Shown here: in pieces, positions 58,170 through 64,000 of the stretch
Position numbering within the stretch: position 1 is the stretch's first letter
Layout: every line of letters begins with the position of its first letter
Source: a virus
DNA: 64,000 nt
IMG/VR virus record: IMGVR_UViG_3300030099_005838
Direction: 5' to 3' (one strand)
Made by a program: the position numbers and the translations under genes
The notes under the pieces: model-generated
Database searches by the model: none
What the model was told of the DNA's origin: nothing
The model's input: only the letters and a program-made list of their open reading frames with translations

Positions 58170-59455
58170 TAGTTGAATCTCAAAAAGAATGGGATGATTT
58201 TTTAGATAAGTTTAAATCAACTTCATCATTGATTGTACCTGTACAATGTGATGATAATAAACACCCTCTTACCACAAACTTATGTCTATTATATGTTGTT
58301 GAATTAGAAGACACTTTTGAGTATATTCTGCCTTTCAATCACACAGATACAATAAACTTAGATGTAGATTTATTAGGAGAGTTAGAAACAGATGAATCCG
58401 TATTCACTTATGATAAGAAAAAGTTGGCACATTTTCTCAAACTAAAAAATGTAAAAGACTTACAGATGTTGAAGTATCTGAAAAAGAATGAACCTTTGGT
58501 GATAGAGGATACCTTAACTAATGCACATGAACATTTTCATAGAATAAATTGGGGTAGGGAAAATCTAAATTGTGTCATACCTATTCTGAAACATTTACAG
58601 GCATGTAGAAAGGTTGTTGATATAGTTAAGAAATGTGTAATGTACAATACAGATGAACCTTATGATACCTATAATAATATCGTATTAGATAATCTACAAC
58701 GCATAGAGAGTAATGGATTACAAACTACAGATGGTATGGTTTATTCAGAATACAATCCCTACACTGCTACAGGTCGGCCATCTAATAGATTCGGTGGTTT
58801 GAATTTTGCAGCATTGAATAAAAAAGACGGGAGTCGTAAAAAGTTTATAAGTAGGTTCGGTGGTAAAGGTATGTTGGTTGAGATGGATTACGATGCTTAC
58901 CATTTAAGATTAATAGGCGATGTGATAGGTTACAAATTCCCTAATGGTTCTGTACATGAGCATATGGCGAAGTTCTATGGGGTTGGGTATGATGAGAGTA
59001 AAGGATTATCGTTTCAGTATTTGTACGGACACATACCTGAAGAGGTGTTGAAAATCAATCCATTCTTCGAAAAAGTACAGAAATATATAGATAAAGTTTG
59101 GTACACATTTAAAAAGGATAAATTTATATTATCTGATATTTATAATAAGAAGATATTTATGGAAAATCTGTCAGATATGAATAAGAATAAACTATTTAAT
59201 TATCTTATTCAGCTAACAGAAACAGAAAACAATATGAAGGTATTATCTAAACTGATACCAAATATAGACAACTTCAAAAGTAGATTAGTTCTTTACAACT
59301 ACGATAGTTTTCTGTTTGATTTTCACATAGAAGATGGTGTTGATTTTTTGAAGAGGGTTAAAGATGCTATCGAAGATGATGGTAAGTTTCCTGTTAAAAT
59401 AGCAAAAGGTTGGAACTATCATGAAATGGAAGATATAACGGAGAAGTTCAAATGA
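58163..59455 (+). CDS. Small family-A DNA polymerase-like protein
   Basis: YNPYTATGRPSN; motif A LVEMDYDAYHLRLI; motif B ESKGLSFQYLYG; motif C LVLYNYDSFLFD. Confidence 0.75.
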   Translation: MVIVESQKEWDDFLDKFKSTSSLIVPVQCDDNKHPLTTNLCLLYVVELEDTFEYILPFNHTDTINLDVDLLGELETDESVFTYDKKKLAHFLKLKNVKDLQMLKYLKKNEPLVIEDTLTNAHEHFHRINWGRENLNCVIPILKHLQACRKVVDIVKKCVMYNTDEPYDTYNNIVLDNLQRIESNGLQTTDGMVYSEYNPYTATGRPSNRFGGLNFAALNKKDGSRKKFISRFGGKGMLVEMDYDAYHLRLIGDVIGYKFPNGSVHEHMAKFYGVGYDESKGLSFQYLYGHIPEEVLKINPFFEKVQKYIDKVWYTFKKDKFILSDIYNKKIFMENLSDMNKNKLFNYLIQLTETENNMKVLSKLIPNIDNFKSRLVLYNYDSFLFDFHIEDGVDFLKRVKDAIEDDGKFPVKIAKGWNYHEMEDITEKFK

Positions 59456-61446
59456 TTACAGACTTGAATAAAATATTAGTCGAATGGGCTTACCAGGTTA
59501 AAAATGGTAAACCAAATCACAAAAGTACCAGAGATTTAATTGTATTGGATTCTGTGTTAAAGGACTTCGGATGGAACTTGGTTGAAAGAAATGAATTAGT
59601 AAATAATTTAACAGAGGTAGATATAGTCAAAAATAAAGATAGTGGTAATATCTATACAGTTCAAAATGTTAATAAAGATAAACATACACTCATCAAAAAG
59701 AATGCTTCTGAAGATGATATAAAAAAGATAGAGAAAGATAAAGAAGATAAACCTGAAAAGAAAAACATCACTAAGGATTTTGCATCCGAAATAGATAATG
59801 AGTATTACAGTAAAGAAGTCATACCAAGTGATGAAGAGTATGAAAAAACAAAACCACCTCAGTTACAGTTGAAAGAAGGAGCTGAACCTCTAAAATTTAG
59901 TGATGAGGAGATTGAATTTCTATCAGGTAATTATCCTAAAAAATATGTTAAGGTGTTAGAGAGGATTATGAACACTCAAAAAACTGGCACATTTGAACCC
60001 AATATTAAAAGTTTTACTGATGCTGCTGGTGCAGGACAAATATCATCTACTGCAGGGGAAATTTTAAGTATGATGACAATATCAATGACGGATGAACAAA
60101 TGGGTTTACTAGAACAAAAATTAGGAGAACATTTTGATAATATAGATGATTCAATGTTCAAAAAAGGTTCTAAAAAAAGTAAATTAATAATTGATAGAGA
60201 TTGGTTTGAGTCATCAAAAGGAGCTCGTATTACTACACATAGTAGATACGATGATATGTATGGAAAAGGGAATTGGAAAGTAACTGCTTCTTCATGGGAT
60301 ACTAAAAACGATGTGAGGGCTATGGGATTTGATTACTCTAAAAAAGGATTTTCAACTGATGCTTTTTTCAGACTTGATGTTAATGGTGAACAATTATTAG
60401 ATGAAGTTTCTTTCAAAAAAGATTTAGAAATTACACTTGCACAACCATCCGTATCTACTGCTCTAAAATGGACATTGACTGATGAAGAAAAAGCAGAATA
60501 TGATGATATGGTTAAACAGTTGGAACAAAAAGACGAAAATGGAAAAGACTTAATAAGAGGTAAAAAAAGAACTGAGTTAAACGCAAAAAAGAAAGAATTG
60601 TTGAATAAAAATATCGATATGTTAGGAGAGGGAAATCCTAAATTAGCTTCTAAAAAAGAACTTGACAATGCAATAAATATATTGGATAATATAACTGATG
60701 AACAACTAACTAAACTACAAAATCTTTCTGATGATGAAATAGAAAAATCTAAAGTAGATGCCAAAGGAAAAATATATCTGAAAAAAATGTCTGAATTATT
60801 GAAGAATATTGAACCACCAATGAGTAGGGAAAAACTACAACAGATAGAAAAAACTAAAGCTGTAAAAAACACCAAAAAAGCTGCATCTTTATTTAGTAAG
60901 GCATTAGGTAACAATGGTGATGATGCCATGAAAAAAGCATATCAAGACCACATAGGTATCGTCAAAAAAATGGGTGACCAATTTATTAAAAATCTTATAG
61001 ATGTGCCTGAACTTTATGACGGTGTTATGTCGGATGTGAGAAAAAAATTCCCTTTAAAAAGTTTACTAGAAGGTGAGGAACGTATGTGTTTTGGGGGAGT
61101 TACTGCAGATGAGATAGTTTCTAAAGAAATATTTGGTACTGATAATTATGATGAAATAGAACAGAAACTAAAAGTATTACCACCAGACCCAAGTAAAAAA
61201 GGTGATACAAAATATGAAAAGTTTAGGTTGGGTTATCAAGCAGAAGCAGGTGGAAAAGAGGTAATAGTCGCAGATATGTATGTTAGACAAAGAGGATTAG
61301 GCTATTCAGAGTCACCTAATTTCTCTATGGAAATTGCAGATGATTTTAAAGAAGAAATAGTAAAAACAAATCAAAAACTTGGAAGAGAAATATACGATCC
61401 ATATGTAGGTGCGAAATCATTTATTAAAAAATATGGAAATGAATAA
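59452..61446 (+). CDS. Large K/E/D-rich hypothetical protein
   Basis: 664-aa ORF; MITDLNKILVEW N-terminus; no recognised catalytic motif. Confidence 0.55.
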   Translation: MITDLNKILVEWAYQVKNGKPNHKSTRDLIVLDSVLKDFGWNLVERNELVNNLTEVDIVKNKDSGNIYTVQNVNKDKHTLIKKNASEDDIKKIEKDKEDKPEKKNITKDFASEIDNEYYSKEVIPSDEEYEKTKPPQLQLKEGAEPLKFSDEEIEFLSGNYPKKYVKVLERIMNTQKTGTFEPNIKSFTDAAGAGQISSTAGEILSMMTISMTDEQMGLLEQKLGEHFDNIDDSMFKKGSKKSKLIIDRDWFESSKGARITTHSRYDDMYGKGNWKVTASSWDTKNDVRAMGFDYSKKGFSTDAFFRLDVNGEQLLDEVSFKKDLEITLAQPSVSTALKWTLTDEEKAEYDDMVKQLEQKDENGKDLIRGKKRTELNAKKKELLNKNIDMLGEGNPKLASKKELDNAINILDNITDEQLTKLQNLSDDEIEKSKVDAKGKIYLKKMSELLKNIEPPMSREKLQQIEKTKAVKNTKKAASLFSKALGNNGDDAMKKAYQDHIGIVKKMGDQFIKNLIDVPELYDGVMSDVRKKFPLKSLLEGEERMCFGGVTADEIVSKEIFGTDNYDEIEQKLKVLPPDPSKKGDTKYEKFRLGYQAEAGGKEVIVADMYVRQRGLGYSESPNFSMEIADDFKEEIVKTNQKLGREIYDPYVGAKSFIKKYGNE

Positions 61447-61847
61447 TGAGAACACAATTACTATGTACATTTGCAATTAGGTCTCGTATCGAAGACATCA
61501 CTAGAATTATTATGGAATGTAATGATATACTATACAATAAAATATATGTATTTGAAAATCTAAATGACGATAGTCAATTAATCTGTACATATAATGTTTC
61601 ATATGAGGATGGACATTTATCAGAGGATATTCCTAACACTATATCTTTACATAGAAAGAAGCAAACAAACACATTGTATTCAATTAATGCACTTAATGAG
61701 GTTATCAGAAGTCTAAACAATGGTGTGTTAGATAAAAAGTTTCCTGTACCTTGGGAACAATACAGTAATACCTTACTACTTACAAACGAAAATGGCCTCA
61801 ATAAAATCCCAACAAAACTTTATCGAATTATTAACACGAAAGCGTAA
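61446..61847 (+). CDS. Hypothetical protein
   Basis: 133 aa; MRTQLLCTF...ISLHRKKQTNTLYSINALNE. Confidence 0.6.
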   Translation: MRTQLLCTFAIRSRIEDITRIIMECNDILYNKIYVFENLNDDSQLICTYNVSYEDGHLSEDIPNTISLHRKKQTNTLYSINALNEVIRSLNNGVLDKKFPVPWEQYSNTLLLTNENGLNKIPTKLYRIINTKA

Positions 61848-61943
61848 AAAAAATTGTATTTAACTAAAAAGTTATATACTTATTATTGGTTACGATAGTA
61901 ACTTAAAATTAACAATTAACAAATTATATTAGGAGAATAACAA

Positions 61944-62702
61944 ATGGATATTAATTCTATTCGCAAGCGTCTTAATCAATTACAGACAACAAATAATAGA
62001 ACATCAAACTTATGGAAACCACAACCAGGTAAACAGGTGATTCGTGTGGTGCCTTACTTACACAATAAAGATAATCCTTTTATCGAATTGTTTTTTCATT
62101 TTGGTTTGAATAATAAATCCTATCTTTCACCTATTTCATTTGGTCGTCCAGACCCAATTGAAGAGTTTGCTCAGAAATTAAAACAGAGTGGTAACAGAGA
62201 AGAGTATCAGATGGCTCGTAAGTTAGAAGCTAAGATGAGAACTTTTGCACCTGTTATTGTTCGTGGTGAGGAAACGCAAGGTGTTCGTTTTTGGGGATTT
62301 GGTAAAACTGTTTACCAAGAACTACTTTCAGTAATCGCAGATCCAGACTATGGTGATATTACCGATCCTGTAAATGGTCGTGATGTATCAGTAGAGTTTA
62401 TAACTGCTGAAGAGAGTGGTGCTTCTTTTCCAAAGACATCAATTCGTGTAAAACCAAATCAAACTCCAATCGTTAGTGATAAAGCTCAACTTGAAAACAT
62501 ATTGGAAAACCAAAAAGACATTACTGAATTATATCAGGAAAGGTCTTACGAAGAACTTACAGAAGTTCTGAATGAATGGTTGAATCCTGATGATTCCTCT
62601 GTTGAAGAATCAAAAGAAGAAACCGTTGCTCCAGCTTCTCTAGCAACATCTACTTCTGTAGAAGATGCTAGTTCCGCATTTGACGAGTTATTCAGTAAGT
62701 AA
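61944..62702 (+). CDS. Single-stranded DNA-binding protein (T4 gp32-like)
   Basis: WKPQPGK..IR.VP, YLSPISFGRPDPIEEF, VIVRGEE..GVRFWGFGKTVY, DYGDITDP..GRD, acidic tail ending FDELFSK; upstream of the recombinase. Confidence 0.85.
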   Translation: MDINSIRKRLNQLQTTNNRTSNLWKPQPGKQVIRVVPYLHNKDNPFIELFFHFGLNNKSYLSPISFGRPDPIEEFAQKLKQSGNREEYQMARKLEAKMRTFAPVIVRGEETQGVRFWGFGKTVYQELLSVIADPDYGDITDPVNGRDVSVEFITAEESGASFPKTSIRVKPNQTPIVSDKAQLENILENQKDITELYQERSYEELTEVLNEWLNPDDSSVEESKEETVAPASLATSTSVEDASSAFDELFSK

Positions 62703-62707
62703 TCACT

Positions 62708-62772
62708 AAGTGGGTGTTGAAGCCAACACTAATAAAACCGAGTGTGTGATATAAAGCCGGACACACCCACTT
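62708..62772 (+). promoter_or_regulatory. Structured intergenic element between SSB and the recombinase
   Basis: 10-bp AAGTGGGTGT/ACACCCACTT outer stem; alternative GTGTTG-aagc-CAACAC and GTGTGT/ACACAC pairings. Confidence 0.45.
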
Positions 62773-62788
62773 TTAATTGGAGAAAGAT

Positions 62789-63886
62789 ATGTCAGTAAAT
62801 GACGAATTAGCAGGAGTCTTAGCAGACTCTTTAAATAAAAAGTTCAAAGACTACAAAGTAGCATACTTTTTGGATGGTGTTCAAGAAACACCTACAGATA
62901 TCAAAGAGTTTATATCTACAGGTTCAACAATGTTAGATTTAGCAATTTCAAATCGCCCTAATGGTGGTATTGCAGTTGGTAGAATTACGGAGTTGAATGG
63001 TTTAGAGAGTAGTGGTAAATCTTTGGTTGGTGCTCATCTTCTAAAAGAAACTCAAAAGAAAGGTGGTGTTGCAGTCTACATAGATACTGAGACTGCGGTT
63101 AGTGAAGATTTCTTAGAGGTTATTGGAGTGGATATAAATAATATGTTGTATCTACATTTAGAAACAGTAGAAGATATATTCGAAGCCATTGAAGAGATTG
63201 TTACTAAAGTAAGAGAATCCGATAAAGATAGACTTGTAACCATTTTAGTAGATTCACTTGCGGCAGCAACTACTAAGGTAGAGTTAGAAGCTGACTTTGA
63301 CAAAGATGGTTGGGCTACATCAAAGGCTATTGTGATTTCTAAAGCTATGAGAAAGATTACTCAGATGATTGGTAGACAGAGAATAGCTTTAGTATTTACA
63401 AATCAGTTGAGAGTAAAGTTGGGTGCTATGTTTGGAGACCCATACACTACTTCAGGTGGTAAGGCTCTTCCATTTCACGCATCTACCAGAATCCGTTTGA
63501 AGAACAAAGGACAGATAAAGGATACCAAAAAGAATGTAATTGGTATGACTATTCTGGCACAGGTTATTAAAAACAGATTAGGTCCTCCACTTAGAAAGGC
63601 TGAGTTTCCACTCTACTTTGAAAGCGGTGTAGATGATGAGGGTAGTTGGTTGAAGGTTCTCAAAGACCACAAGCTTGTAAAGGTTGGTGGTTCGTGGTAT
63701 ACTATGGTAAACCATAATGGTGAGGAAATAAAATTCCAATCTAAGGATTGGGCAGAAAAGTTGGAAGATGAAGAGTTCAAAGAACATTGTTATAAACTTA
63801 TCTGCGATAAGGTTATACTGAAATACAGTAAAGCAGATTTAGGTATTGATGATGTAGTGGTTACAGACGAGGTATTAGGTGACTAA
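62789..63886 (+). CDS. uvsX: RecA/UvsX-family recombinase
   Basis: ISTGSTMLDLAI, GRITELNGLESSGKS (Walker A), VYIDTE, ILVDSLAA, VFTNQLR, SGGKALPFHAS; likely ATG at 62789 after GGAG. Confidence 0.93.
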   Translation: MSVNDELAGVLADSLNKKFKDYKVAYFLDGVQETPTDIKEFISTGSTMLDLAISNRPNGGIAVGRITELNGLESSGKSLVGAHLLKETQKKGGVAVYIDTETAVSEDFLEVIGVDINNMLYLHLETVEDIFEAIEEIVTKVRESDKDRLVTILVDSLAAATTKVELEADFDKDGWATSKAIVISKAMRKITQMIGRQRIALVFTNQLRVKLGAMFGDPYTTSGGKALPFHASTRIRLKNKGQIKDTKKNVIGMTILAQVIKNRLGPPLRKAEFPLYFESGVDDEGSWLKVLKDHKLVKVGGSWYTMVNHNGEEIKFQSKDWAEKLEDEEFKEHCYKLICDKVILKYSKADLGIDDVVVTDEVLGD

Positions 63887-64000
63887 TCCTCGATACTTAT
63901 CGATACTTAAAGAAATCAAAGATAAAGGTGGTGAACTTCAATCTACAGAGCCGAACGATAAGGTATTGATTATAGATGGCCTAAATACATTTATCAGATG
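63879..64000 (+). CDS. 5'-3' exonuclease / phage RNase H (N-terminal fragment, runs off the window)
   Basis: GTG at 63879 gives MTNPRYLSILKEIKDKGGELQSTEPNDKVLIIDGLNTFIR; LIIDGxN is the FEN/PIN-like first motif. Confidence 0.7.
   Translation, partial: MTNPRYLSILKEIKDKGGELQSTEPNDKVLIIDGLNTFIR

Noticed and set aside
1-64000. Stop-codon reassignment (TAG/TGA), as seen in some large phages
   Set aside because: Core genes are full length under code 11, and both TAG (2485, 3019, 10794) and TGA (7096, 9257, 30577, 52236) end genes at tight junctions
1-64000. tRNA or rRNA genes
   Set aside because: Intergenic gaps are short and I saw no cloverleaf or T-loop signature; a tRNAscan-SE run would be decisive

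Overview
A 64-kb, AT-rich slice of a large T4-like (myovirus-type) phage genome. All credible genes are on the + strand and read through with the standard genetic code. Gene order: a multidomain nucleotidyltransferase-like ORF, large terminase, portal, prohead protease, a phage-encoded ribosomal protein bS21, scaffold, major capsid, neck/tail-completion genes, about 24 kb of giant modular fibre-like genes (two with Peptidase_S74-type C-termini) plus two LamG-like proteins, tail sheath, tail tube, hub/chaperone, tape-measure-like and baseplate genes, then ThyX, a small family-A polymerase-like protein, gp32-like SSB, UvsX/RecA and the start of a 5'-3' exonuclease. Most notable observations: (1) two families of short repeats conserved at the DNA level, including synonymous positions, punctuate the fibre genes like cassette joints; (2) a start-less +1-frame ORF overlaps the end of the gene after the tail tube (candidate +1 programmed frameshift); (3) candidate structured RNA leaders and a bipartite TTGTAT-N17-TAnTTA promoter; (4) bS21 lies among Shine-Dalgarno-rich late genes; (5) ORF1 looks like a protease-processed polyprotein. 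All family assignments come from motifs recognised by eye; no database searches were run, and repeat counts are manual.
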